Assembly (NCBI GenBank): GCA_030248215.1
Contig: JASANG010003696.1
Span: 310,001 to 374,000, forward strand
Source: Enoplolaimus lenunculus
Taxonomy: Eukaryota
Length of the DNA: 64,000 nt
Direction of reading: 5' to 3'
Under the pieces are notes generated by a model. It saw only the letters and a list, made by a program, of their open reading frames with translations, did no database searches and was not told where the DNA came from. Below are positions 25,576-37,948 of the stretch, piece by piece. Made by a program: the position numbers and the translations under genes. Each line of letters starts with the position of its first letter. Within the stretch, counting starts at the first letter, position 1.

Positions 25576-26781
25576 TTTAATGAACACTATAGAGCTTTTA
25601 ACAACTGGACATTTTGTGCACAATTTAAACGTAGGGTAACGTGGGACTGACATTAGCGGTTTGCATTTCAAAATGGAGCAAGATTTAATAAGAGGTGTTG
25701 ACACCACGGTTTGAAAATCCATATTATCAGTGGAAGCTTTCTTTTATATAGGCTCCTTACCAAGTTTGCTTGCAGATGCGTTATAAAAGCACTGATCTAC
25801 CTGTTTTAAACCATTGTCTTTTGCCCTCCACATTGCGCGTCTTGCTTGGTTAAGTTCCACATCACTCGTCAGAACTGGTATATTCATCGTCATCCGACTC
25901 TTGCAAATATCGGTTAGGCCCAAAATCTTCATCATCTGCGGAGGCACTTCAGTGTCCTTTTCGCTTGAAAGTTTGGGATCAACAAATTTACATGCGGTCG
26001 CTGAAAGTGGAACTAAATGCTATGACTGCTGTGAGACACTAATAATTTTGGACCCAAACACAATGAAGTCACAGCGTAAACCATTCGTTTTTCGCAAATT
26101 ATGTTTTGCCAATTTTGCACACTGTTCTCAAATTAGGACCAACTTCTTAACGCACTGAGCGATTGTACAAACTGCAAGAACACATATATTTCAGATTAAA
26201 ACCTCATTTTACAACTGCATCTCAACGCGATCAAGTTTAACAATTCGAGGCAACGCTGAAGCAGACAGGGGTGGGGGCTCCTCCCAAACTTTCGGGTGGA
26301 GACCTCCAAAGAAGCGAGCGAGAAACCAGACGCATTTTAAAGCATCGGCGGTTTTTGCTTTAGCGGATTAAGGTGTGGCCCATTAGGGGTGGGCCCCCTC
26401 AAATGAAGTGTAAAGGGGTGGCTGCTCGGCACTGGTTCGAAGGAAGGAAACATCTATAGGATCCCTGTGGTAGTGGATTAAATCTCAAACAGAGACAAAC
26501 CAAATCGACTCAATTTCAGGTGGCCAACGCAAGTATTAGTAGCAATCTTCTAAACTAAGTACGCAGTACTTTTGAAGCAGTTGCATAATAAATGACTATT
26601 TTTAGAATTGTGTATTACCTTCAAACAATCACCTTGTGGGGCAGGGTAGGTACTTCCATCAGAGCAACAAAGACAGCCTCAATGAACATTTCAATGCTAC
26701 AAAAATCTACATCACGAAGGTGCACAGCAAATCAACAACTTTTACCATCCACCGCTCACTAATAACCGGTGTAAATAGTAA

Positions 26782-27076
26782 TGCGGGGTTCACGTTATAC
26801 CGAGGGCATCAAGGAACACGTTTTATTTCATGTTGATTCGCTGTCAACATAGAATGTGATTTGAGTAGCGGTTTGTAGACAAAGTGAGAATATATATCAA
26901 AAACCCGGATAATTTAGCTGTAAAGTATTTTCGAATACTAAATTAACTGCTAGATAGCAAACAATTCAAATTTTTTCAATTTGACAGTGAATTTACGTGT
27001 AGAGAAAATGGTACATGCTATTATAATAGGGACAAAAGGTGATCCAGGCTGCCCGAGTTATAACGTGGACCTCGCA
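26782..27076. mobile_element. PIF/Harbinger-type MITE (TAA TSD)
   Basis: TAA|TGCGGGGTTCACGTTATA...TATAACGTGGACCTCGCA|TAA; longer relative at 18837-19511. Confidence 0.7.
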
Positions 27077-27622
27077 TAATGTGAAGGAAATTCGCAGTTT
27101 AACGAACAGAAGCCGTGGCCAATGTGTAGAACAGGCTGGGACAAAAATGAAAGCTTAAGCACAAAGTGAAAACTTAGCAGAAAGTTTAACCCAAATAAGC
27201 ACTTAAATCTAAAACTTGCGTCGAACTTAACTATTTAATTCCAAGGACATCCTTAGTAAACCTGTCATGGAAGAATTCCTTAGCTAGGCGGTAATTAATA
27301 AAAACGATTTAATTAATATTACCGGGTTAAAAATGCGCAACGAACGCGTACATGCTAATTTGAAATGTAAGAACAAGAAACATTTGAAGTATAAACTTGA
27401 TCGACTACTGCTCCGCAGTTTTTACAAATCCCTAGCAATTTTATTCGTCAGGTTGCGCTATTATCGAGTCGACTTGAAGTATACGTATTCAGTGCGATGC
27501 GTCATAATGCATTCTTAAGCGCAACACCAAGGCTACGCTTTAAACTACGACACAATTTGATCTAGTATTATGCAATATTTATTCTAAGTTTATATGGTTA
27601 CGGCAATAAATGCCCCCACAAT

Positions 27623-29516
27623 ATGGAGCAATTGAATTCGGATTCTAAACCGGATCCAGATGCAAAGCCTGATGAGACAGTTCGAGAAGACTTGGTGGCA
27701 ACTGCGGTTAAATTTCTGGTCAATCCAAAGGTGCGCATGTAATTAGACTAGTTTTGAAGGGTTTATGGCACATATAATAAGACTAACTTTGAATGGTCCA
27801 TGGCGATTGGAGTCCTAGTACATATATATAATCCTTTTAAGTTTATTTTCATTTAGTCCTCGTTTCCAAATCATCTGTATACTACCAGATTTTAAACTTG
27901 TGCAGTTTTGAACTGCAGGGTCATTTAATCGGATAGCATGTGTATTTGTCTTAAATGTTGTATAGCTCTGTTCAGAATGCCGACTCCTATTTTATATGTT
28001 TTTAAATTTATCACGTACAACAATTTTCCCACGAACATGGCAGAATTATAAAACAGAATGAACGCTATGGATAGTAGATTTTTGTGTAAGTGCGAAGTTA
28101 GGTTTTGTGCGGCTTATTAGGTGTATTTGTAGGTTGAGATTGTATATATACATATGTTTGTTTTTATTCGGAAAGTAATATGATTTGGTTTAGGTGCTTC
28201 AAACAGCAGATGACGACAAACGACAGTTTTTGGTTAAAAAAGGTCTAACAAACAATGAAATCAACGTTGCTATGCAGCGAGCAAGTGGCAGTGACAAGAC
28301 CACAATGGTGCCATATCAACAGAGAAATCAAAATTCTGCTGCCAATTTGACAACGCAAAACGGACAAGCCCCATTTACTGGGAGACATATGATATACTCA
28401 GGTTCCGCGGCTTACCCTCCGTATGTCATTCCATCGCAACGAATTTCCTGGCGCGATGCAGCCAATTTGGTTGTAATCACTGGCGGCTGTGGTTGGCTGT
28501 TGTATAAAGGTAGTCATGTTACGGATAATTTTTTGCGTTCAATCCTACTGTTCCTGTTTTTAATTTATAATTCAGAACCTTTAATGTCTTGATTTTGCGT
28601 TCTATCTGCACTGCAGAACTGTCAACACTAAACAGTTGTTGTTTTGCATTTAGCGCTATGTATGCTATTTCCTGGCGCGATGCAGCCAATTTGGTTGTAA
28701 TCACTGGCGGCTGTGGTTGGCTGTTGTATAAAGGTAGTCATGTTAAGGATAATTTATTGCGCTCAATCCTACTGTTCCTGTTTTTAATTTATAATTCAGA
28801 ACCTTTAATGTCTTGATTATGTGTTCTATCTGCCCTGCAGAACTGTAAACAACACTTTATACCTCATGTTTTTCTTAATATTTAGTTATTGTAAGGTTGT
28901 ACAGGTGTGTGCTGTTAAAGTTTGATGCTGTTTTACAGGCATCAACTACTACTTGAGGCGCTTTGGTGGCGTGACATCAGATGATGAACGTCGCCTGGCA
29001 ACACTTGAATCAAATATGAATCAACTGCATGATTCGACCAAATTTATTTGTGACTCAGTTCAACAGTTAACCGAAGCAGTTCGTGAGCAACAACACACTA
29101 TTCAATCTTTGATCAAAGCTCAAGCAGTGAGCGGTTCATCAGTGGGGGAAGCAGCCCTTCGTGATATTCAACGAGATGTCGCCGCTGTTAAGTGCCTTCT
29201 GCTTGGACGTGACCAATTTCCGGCGTTGCCTGATAGTGGTGTTTGTACTGGTGCTGCTAGCGGAGTTGGGGTTATTAGCAGTAAAGGCAAATCTGTGGGA
29301 AATACAGTTAAGGCTGGGAGCAGTAACTCGGGCGGACCACCGGTAAGTTTGCCAGCTTGGCAGACGGCTGGTATTGTGAAATCAATTGATGATACAGTAG
29401 AGACGGTGCAGGTTAATGGATTCGAGAATGGGCAGGGAGGCCATGAAGCGTCGGAGCTTAACGGGCTTGATTATGATAGTTTGAGCGATGAAGATCACGA
29501 CGATAGCCCGGTTTAA
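27623..29516 (+). CDS. PEX14: Peroxisomal membrane protein PEX14 (peroxin 14)
   Basis: Exons 27623-27730, 28194-28509, 28939-29516. Pex14_N motif REDLVATAVKFLVNPKV...KRQFLVKKGLTNNEI; hydrophobic segment WRDAANLVVITGGCGWLLYK; coiled coil; motif VKCLLLGRDQFPALP and SLPAWQ; acidic C-terminus. Confidence 0.93.
28443..28850 (+). repeat. 224-bp-offset tandem duplication of PEX14 exon 2 3' end plus adjacent intron
   Basis: ATTTCCTGGCGCGATGCAGCC at 28443 and 28667; the exonic part is identical and a few substitutions lie in the intronic part. Confidence 0.92.
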
Positions 29517-31267
29517 TTTTTTATGGTATTAGTGAATCTGTACTTTTTATATGTTAAATGCCATTATGATTTTGACCAATCATACTTTTAGGGACGCAAC
29601 AGTAGCCTGAACAAATTTCTAAGCTTAAATCTTGCAATTAGTCGCCGAAACTTACTATATTGCTTTAGCTTGCGAAAACGGACGGCCCTAAAAGTATCGT
29701 GGAGCAATGATTTTTATATCTTTGTGAATTTTAAGCTGTATATAAACATTTTTCAGTGGACATCGAAGTTTGTTTAGTTACAGCCATTGTTCTATACATG
29801 TTGATTTTTGCTTCGCTATTAAAGACGCTGACGGAACTGTGTTTCTGGTTGTGAAACTCCGAAATTTGTACGTACAATTTTCAGTGTTCACGAGATTTCG
29901 GTGACATTACTTTTTGTTTTTTGTATTAGTGTCACAAATTTTACTTGTTAACTTGATCAGCGCTCACAAATGTTTTTGTATTTTGATTGAAACAAATTGG
30001 ACTATTGCCCATATTCTCAATTGCTTGCTACGCTTTTTAATTTTTACTGTTTCTAAATTTTGTCACCTTTCAGCCACTGGAGTAGAGATTATTAAAATTC
30101 TAAGGTTTTTCTTACCGCTTACACGTTCAGACTTATTTGGTCATTGTCGTAATGGTCTAAATTTCTAAAATTTTCCTTAAATATTTTGTTCACTTAATAT
30201 ACTCTTGAAATATCAAGGAAGCCGTATTTTCAACTTTGTATCTGTGTAGTGTGTACCACTTGTTACGTACCAGTTGTTGATAGGCGTCCGTGTCAAGCTA
30301 CTTTCTTACCACAGCTCTTGAGCTAAAAGTGTGTTCAACAATTTTCTAAACCAAATATGCAATAAATGTGTTTAATTTCCTAGCTAACAATTTCCTGTCT
30401 AAAGTTACAAGATCTATAGCATAAATTTCTTCTTTTGTTTTATGTGAGTCCGAAATCACGCTGGGTTCCTTCTTTTGACATAAATAGTTTGGCCCATGCA
30501 TACTTCACGGTTGGACCGTTATTACGCGGACTGCTATGGAGTAAGCTTAAGAGATAAATTAATTTTTTTTGCTTTCCCTTAAGTGTTTAGGTATAGCCTT
30601 AACCTTTAACGGCTAGGTTCCTGGTCTTTAGATTGCCCAAGGCCAGTAGTTCACAGGTATTTGTGAAATAGTTTAGGAGCGATTTTTATTCAATTTTAAT
30701 TATATAGTAAATGCGATTGTACATATAGTGATTAATTTTACGTTTAATAGGTTGTTATGCGTTAATCGGCTCATTCACATTTAAGACACGGAGGTGAGGC
30801 GAGAATAGGTAGTAAGAATGATCATTAATTAGTTAATTTTTGCCAATATGTGCAATATGTTGTTAAGTTGTTTGATTTTACGCTAATTTTCTGCAAAATT
30901 TCGGAAATTCTTACTTGAAAATTGTAAAGTAAAAACAAAACAAGCTAAACGGATAAATTTTGCAAAATTAACCAAAATTTGACTACGTCCGAAATTACCC
31001 GAACCTCCGGCAAACATTTTATGGAAGCGATTTTCTGGCGTAGCCGGAGGCAGACGTCCGGTTGTATTCTGCTTAACATTGTTTCAACTTAGTTTATACA
31101 ATAACCTTCGCTTACGAATCATGATTAAAAAATTTCGTCGACTTCTCGGCCAATGTATAGAACAGGGGCTTATTCCCATTTTGCAATGTGGCAAACTTAT
31201 GACCAGGTGTGCAGCCCAGCCACTCCTATATGGAGACGGCTAAAAATTTCTCTGGTTTGGTAGGAAC

Positions 31268-31616
31268 CAGGGTACAACCGGAGGTCTCCATCCGGCTCCG
31301 GCAGAAAATCGGCCTCCGGCTTCGGTAGAATTTTTCCCGGAGGTTCCGGCAATTTCGGTAGTAAAATTTTGCATAATTTTCCTAAATTTATCTGTTTGGC
31401 GCGTTTCGATTGACTTATGTCACAATTTTCATGAAAGAATTGCCGAAATTTGGCAGAAAATGAGCGTGAAACCAAACAACCTTTTTACAGATATTGTCTA
31501 AAATGAATTTATTAACCATCATTTTTACTACTTAATTTCGCCTCACCTCCGGCTCAGGCAAATTTCGTTGACCTTCGGCGCCGGCTCCGGTATTTTTCAC
31601 CTCCGGTTGCACCCTG
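31268..31616. mobile_element. hAT-type MITE
   Basis: TIR CAGGGTACAACCGGAGGT...ACCTCCGGTTGCACCCTG; perfect 8-bp TSD GTAGGAAC; related partial copies at about 30790-31070 and 63833-64000. Confidence 0.88.
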
Positions 31617-31624
31617 GTAGGAAC

Positions 31625-32530
31625 AATCATATGCATAATTTTGGGTAGGAAAAGTGGAAAATCCAGGCACCTGAATATTCCCTAGTTCGGTAGGAAAAGT
31701 TAGAGGTGTAGACGAGGTTCGAAAACCGGAACAGTAAAAATATAGGTTTTCTCTAGGTTTGGTAAGGAAGGAACTGTTTGGTTGGTCAGGCTGGAAAATT
31801 GAGATGTGCGGTTCGGTTCGGAAAACGGGCAAAGTGGTTGGTTGGCAGGAAAAGCTATAGAGATGTAGGCGAGGTTAGGAAAACGGGAAAATTGAAAAAT
31901 TTGAACGCTTGTTTTCACGTGGTTTGATAGGGAAATTCAGAAGCGTATGTTTTGTGTGGAAAACGGGAATAGTGGAAAATTTAAACACTTACTTTAGATT
32001 TTCCCTTGGTTAGTAGGGAAAATCTGAAGCGTAGCGTTTGTTTGCAGAACGGGAACAGTGGAAAATTCCAAATGCATAGCTTTTCCTAGGGTAGCTAGAA
32101 AATTCTGAAGCGTAAGTTTTGTTTATAAACGTGAAAAGTAAAAAATTTAAACGCATAAGTTTTCCCAGCCAAAGTTATGCTTGTTATGTTTCCTACCAAA
32201 TCAGCGGAATTCCTAGCAGTCACACAGGAGCGGCTACAATGCAAAAAATGGTGAGTCAATTTGACTCCTCTACGGGACTACATTAAGTGAGTCAAATTCG
32301 ATTCCGCCAGAGTCAAATTCAATTCACTGAGTCGCACGTTTGACTCTGGTGGAGTCGGATTTGACTGAGACTGTGTAGTCCCGTAGAGCCTATTTCGGAG
32401 ATAGTCCATTTGACTCGCCATTTTTGCAGTGTACGCTTCAGATTTTTCCTACCAAACCATGAAAATTTAGGCGTTTTAATTTTTCACATTTTCGTTTTCC
32501 AAACAAATTTTACGCTTCAAATTTTCCCCA
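31625..32530. repeat. Degenerate array of repeats of about 80-85 bp with an inverted copy (decayed foldback element)
   Basis: GGGAAAATCTGAAGCGTA...GTGGAAAATT recurs at about 31927, 32013, 32094; inverted at 32433-32530. Confidence 0.55.
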
Positions 32531-32933
32531 CACGCGACGACTGCTCTATGGCAACTTTACGATCTTTTCTTCTCAGAAAAAAATACAATTTATTGAGACC
32601 ATTGCATGACTGTCGAATTTTGCAATAGATTTCGTGCAAAATATTAAAACATCAGAAATCAAAGCAATATGTATGCTTTACGAAGTTACCACTTCCAAAA
32701 TGTTTTACCACTTCCAAAATGTTTTGTCTACAACTATGTATTCCTTTCTGTAAAGAATTCAGAATTTTTCAGCCAGAGCGGACACTGATATTAAACAAAT
32801 CCATCAGTTTTTAATGCCAGCATCAGGTTAATATGAACTGTGAGAGGGTAATATAAACAAAAATTTTCAGATGATTGGCCAAAAGTCTCCTTGCTGCTCG
32901 GTGGTTTAGTAGTTATATTTGTTTACAAGAGAT

Positions 32934-33450
32934 TGCCCATGTAAAGATCTGGGGCGGAATGTTTTTCTGCATTTGTATACTGTGTATTATAATAGAGTAA
33001 AAGCTTAAGCTTTAGAGTAATTTTTTGCTTCCGCTTTAAATAGGTGTAAGCTCGTTGTTAGGCTTAGGGGCCAATGTTGCTTTTAGGGGCGTAACAGTAG
33101 ATTAAACGAATTCCTAAGCCAAAGCCTACGCGTTGCAAAAATGTGTTCCTAAGCCTAAGCCGAAGCCATAGCCTATGCCTAAGCGAAAAATGGTAATCTA
33201 GAATCTAAACCTACTCTTTTATACACCCAGCAGAAACCTGGGCGTTTCTTACAGTAACATGGGCCGGCTTAGGAATATTCTTATACTTCTACAGTTGTTG
33301 CGGCCAATGTAAACAACAGGGACGGAATAGTATCATAAGCATATTCCTAAGTCTAAGCCTAAGCCAGGTAAAAAATTAGTCTAAAGCTTAAGACGACTCT
33401 TTTCTAGTACCGCAGAAAAACGTTCCGCCTTTAATCTTTACATGGTCAGT
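32934..33450. mobile_element. Cluster of nested/adjacent telomere-repeat MITEs (A and B)
   Basis: Family A end at 32934, family B copy about 33069-33264, family A copy about 33302-33449. Confidence 0.7.
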
Positions 33451-33946
33451 TTTTACAGCTACGTTCTATACATTGGCCGAAGAGGTAAACATTAACCGAA
33501 CAAGTATATTCACTTTCAAGCGAAATCTGCATGACTGATTTAAAAGTGACTGTTAAATTGCAATATTCATTGAGACGTTGGAAACATTTTGCACCCTACT
33601 TGGCCAAAAATGTTAGTAAAACGGCCTGAGCAACAAAAGTAAGCAAAGCTCAAGCTGACTTTATTACAGTCCCGCAAGAAAACGATCCGGCCCTGTTCTA
33701 TACATGGGCCACTGAGGTGATTATGTTTTCCGTACAAAACCGCTGTCTGAAAGTTTGTTGACCATTAGCCTTTATGATCCATATCCTTCTTAAACCTGCA
33801 TAGCCGCTTCCTATATCATCAGTTCAGAATAGAAATATTATTCAAGTTGCGCTGAATTTTGTACATACATCATTATTTGCTGCCATCGAATGTTGTACAA
33901 GACATTACCATCTGGTGATAGGTGTTACACACATTTGACAATACAG

Positions 33947-34121
33947 CAGTGGCGGATCCAGGATCTTAAAATGGGGGGGGCAAAGTTTCACAGGTAATAA
34001 ACTTACTTTTGACCCATACACAAACCTCGAACTATTGTCACAAAATTGCTATATAATTCTTGTTGAGATGCTGTTGGGGGGGGGCACGGCCGGGGTGGCC
34101 ACCCTCATGGATCCGCCATTG
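33947..34121. mobile_element. hAT-type MITE (CAGTGGCGGATCC family)
   Basis: Perfect 8-bp TSD CAATACAG; related copies at about 37433-37621, 38213-38500, 46118-46319, 46668-46885, 57446-57606. Confidence 0.85.
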
Positions 34122-34761
34122 CAATACAGGCATAGATTCCAGACTATTAACGATTAGTCTTCAGCCAGTAGAATTTGTTCGTTGAATTTATTCTATATAC
34201 AAGCGTAATGTGCATTTTCCGGCTCAAAGTTGCATTGGGGATGCATATATTGCTGACTGTTGATTGGTGAATTTAAACCTCAATTTTACGCTGATTATGT
34301 TTCATTTGTTCGGTCCATGTAAAAGATCAGAAACGGAATGTTTTTCTACAGAACTGCAATAGAGTAAAGCTTTAGACTCATTTTTTGCTAAAACTTTAGG
34401 CGTAGGAATGCGCTAATGCTACTGTTTTACGCTTCTATTCGGTACATTGTCGATGGTTTCTTCTGCAAGAGGCCGAAACAGTACCAATGATCGACGGATG
34501 GCTGTGTTTCAATTTGAACAAGGACGTCTATTTTAAGTACTTTTTTAATTTGTAATTTTACCGCTTGAGCATTTTTTATTTTTTTTCATTTTTTACACAC
34601 CCACATGTGACAATAGATTGTAATCAACGAACGTGGTTGCATTTGACTAAAATTACAGACACAGAGCAATGTTTAAAATTTTAATACATCGTGCGAAGTA
34701 GGTATATCACGTTTACAAATCGGATGGCCCATGCCTAGAACAGGGCCGGAACAGTAGTATA

Positions 34762-35768
34762 CCAGTCGTAGTGGGACTACATTTATTGAGCGAAGCTCGA
34801 ACACACGTAAGTAATTAAGGTAATATGCAAATTATCTATTAGCTAGCTATTCGATAATCGCCTTTAAAGGTTTGTAGACAATTTATTCAGATTCCTCGCA
34901 CCCGAAAACCCTTTAGTGCTGAAATTATATTGCTTTTAACCTTAATAATTATTGAAATAATTTAAAAAGTCCTAATTTAGGCTTGTAAACTATGCTAATA
35001 TGCAAATTATCCATTAGCAAACTACTCAATTATTGGTTTTAGACGTTTGTAAACAATTTATTCAGATTCTTCGCACCTAAAAACCCTTTAACGCTGAAAT
35101 TATATTGCTTTTAACCTTAATAATTATTGAAATAATTTAAAAAGTCCTAATTTTGCCTGGTCAATTAAGCTAATATGGAAATTAGCTATCAGCTAACTAG
35201 TCAATTATCGGTTATGGAGGTTTGTAAACAATTTATTCAAATTTTTCGCACTTAAAAACCCTTTAGTGCTGGAATTATATTGCTTTTAACCTTAATATTT
35301 ATTGAAATATTGTAAAAAGTCCTAATTTAGGCTTATAAACTATGCTAATATGCAAATTATCTATTAGCTAACTGCTCAATTATCCGTTTTGGAGATTTGT
35401 AAACAGTCTACGCAGATTCCTCGCACCCAAAAACTTTTTGATGCTAAAATTAGATGGCTTCTAACTGTAATAATTAGTGAAATATTGTGGAAAGTCCTAA
35501 TTTAGGCTTAATTAATTATGTAAATTAGCCTGTTGCTAATAAACAGCTTAAAATTTTCAAACCCCAATGCGAAGTTAACACCCCAGAATAATGGGCTTTC
35601 AAACAAAAAAAAGTTTATCAAAATCGGATCAGCCGTTCCTGAGATTGTTTTCGGACGGACAGACGGACAGACGGACGGACGGACATCCACCTTTCGACCT
35701 CCAAGTACAAAAGATAAAACGCTTCACGAAACTCCGAGCTTCGCTCGGAGTTTCGCTTCGCTCAATAA
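34762..35768 (-). mobile_element. Non-autonomous Helentron/DINE-like element with 175-bp internal tandem repeats, nested in a GCCTAA MITE (34727-35923)
   Basis: 14-bp subterminal IR TTATTGAGCGAAGC (34783) / GCTTCGCTCAATAA (ends 35768); (GTCY)n microsatellite; terminal hairpin GTAGT-CCC-ACTAC then CTGG; repeats at 34921, 35096, 35271, 35446. Confidence 0.8.
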
Positions 35769-36529
35769 GAATATTTCTAAGGCTAAGCGTAAGCCTAAAG
35801 CCTAAGCGTATGGATAAGCCTATTCTTAAGCCTAAGCTTAAGCAAAAAAACTAGTGTAAAGCTTAAACTGACTCCACTATAGCCCCTACGGAAAACGATC
35901 CGGCCCTGTTCTATACATGGCCCAACTTTGACTAGCTTGCGGAACTTGAAGTGTGTAACAAAACTTGCAACGTGGCTGCATTACGCTGGAAAATTTTCTG
36001 ACTCTTGTACGCTTTAATTGCCCACAGTCTTTTAGGTAGACAAAACGTTTAGTATTCGGCTTTTACGCTTAGGTACCTAAGCTGTTTCCTGAAAAATAGC
36101 CTAACCCTGAGCCTGAGCCTAACAAAGCGTAAATGTCCATCTGGAAGCCGCTCAGAAAATGCTAATCATATAGCCAGTTTAGTGTTTTAAATGCAACTTT
36201 TGAAAACCTACATTGTTGATTTCTGCGCGAATTTTTGCACTTAAAATGTGTTCTCAAAAAATTGTTTTGCCCCCGCAAACACACTTTTTGCCGACAAATA
36301 TTTATTGCTAATTTCCTGTTTACTACGGGGGTTCATTAATTGTAGCACTTGAAGCGACCCCTGTATGGCAGTCAATGGCCCCTAAAAGCGTCCATTGCAA
36401 TATCTCAAGCCAATCAGAAAAAATACTATGCCTATTGGTTGTTTTCACTCTATAAATGCTCGTTGCGAAAGTCTGTGTTACCTGTTTTCACTATTTATCA
36501 CCCATCGCCTGGTCCGCAGCAAGACGAAG

Positions 36530-36645
36530 ACCGGGGGAAGAGGGACCGGGGGAGGGGGACCGGCAGGAGAGGGACCGGGGAGAGGGGGACCGGGGGGAGG
36601 GGGACCGGGGGGAGAGGGACCGGGGGGAGGGGGACCGGGGGGGCT
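36530..36645 (+). repeat. G-rich purine tandem repeat (GGGACCGGGGGGAGA-like, 15-bp period)
   Basis: Direct reading; many G3+ runs. Confidence 0.85.
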
Positions 36646-37685
36646 TGAGACACGCATGGAAAAATATTGGCCCCCTACAAAATTTTTAAAAACTTGCATC
36701 AAAATCATTGAAAACCTTTGTATTGCCCTCCTGAAAAACTTTTAGCCCCCTTCCCCGGCAAGGTAAGCTGGCTACGAGCCTGCGTATCGCCCATCAGTGT
36801 AAACTGGAAACTTGGAAGCTCGTTGGTCAATATGAGGTCAAGATTACTTACATGAGCATATTAAGTAAAATTGTCCTGACATAGAATATAAACGCTGTCG
36901 AAACAAAATTTCAGCATATAAAAAGGTAAAAACGTCCGCAGAAGGACGGCGCGCCCACTGGCTCCCGTAGTTATGTGCCGGTCTCGGCGCTAGCTCGAGA
37001 CCATTGGAAACAAACCGATATTCGTATGCTTTGAAACGGCGTAAACAATTGAGAATATGTGTACGATTTTGATTTCCCGAAATATGCAATATTCTGCAGT
37101 CTCGTATTAAAGTGGCTCTTAAATCGGATCGGTAGCCAGAGAGGGGGGGCAGAGGTTGACAGTTTAGCCATTCCCCTAGAAAATGTTTTGCTTCCCTAGA
37201 AATATTTCTAGTCGTGTGAAATCCGTGCAATGCCCCTATTGAAATATTTTTAGCTCGTCTTCCAAGGGTGTTAAGCTGGCTACCGGTTTGCTCAAAATTA
37301 GGCAAACACCCACGTTTCTGTATTGGGTTACAATGGACTCTGGTTTATGGTGTTTTGGCCCATAATCGGGCTTGCATATTTAACAAGGTGCTATTAAAGC
37401 AACTTCACGTTCGCTTTTACAATGATTGACAGCGCTAGCGAATCCAGAGGGGGCGGGTGTACGGCCCCCGTCAGACAATTTTTCGTGCTAAAATCGTAAG
37501 TCCATATCTTACAATGTTCCCCTCTGAAAATTGACACATATTTAGCATACAGATAAAACATTGCGTTTCATAACTTTTGCCAGCCCACCGGCCCTGTCAG
37601 AAATTTCTAGATCTGCCGCTGATTAAACAGTGTACAAGTTATCATGGTCTACAAGGGGTGAACTTTGTGCTTCCATGATTATTAA

Positions 37686-37948
37686 CCCTTTATCACATGA
37701 ATATTTTCTATTTCCCATGAGACCTACTTTTATGCTAGGGTTCGAACTCCAGTGACTGTAGTGGGAGGCGTATACCATCACCACTCAGCTATAGGAGCTT
37801 GACGCTCGCGCCCGAGGGGGCTCTCACGTCTTGTGGTGATTTAGTACTATGTATACGTGTTGCAATTGTTAAACACGGTGCGATACATATTATTTAACGT
37901 ATATACACTGCGCTGAGTTGCATATAGGCAACTCAATGTGAGAAGGGG
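37686..37948 (-). mobile_element. piggyBac-type MITE (TTAA TSD) containing a tRNA-derived head
   Basis: TTAA|CCCTTTATCAC...GTGAGAAGGGG|TTAA; 263 bp; near-identical inverted copy at 43010-43272. Confidence 0.85.

Noticed and set aside
34440..34500. Hammerhead-like CTGCAAGA..GAAAC
   Set aside because: Core is non-canonical, stem II is missing, and the apparent stem III overlaps a MITE terminus.
36349..36745. Collagen/formin-like Gly-Pro ORFs
   Set aside because: Translation of a 15-bp G-rich repeat; not a Gly-X-Y register and no collagen flanking domains.
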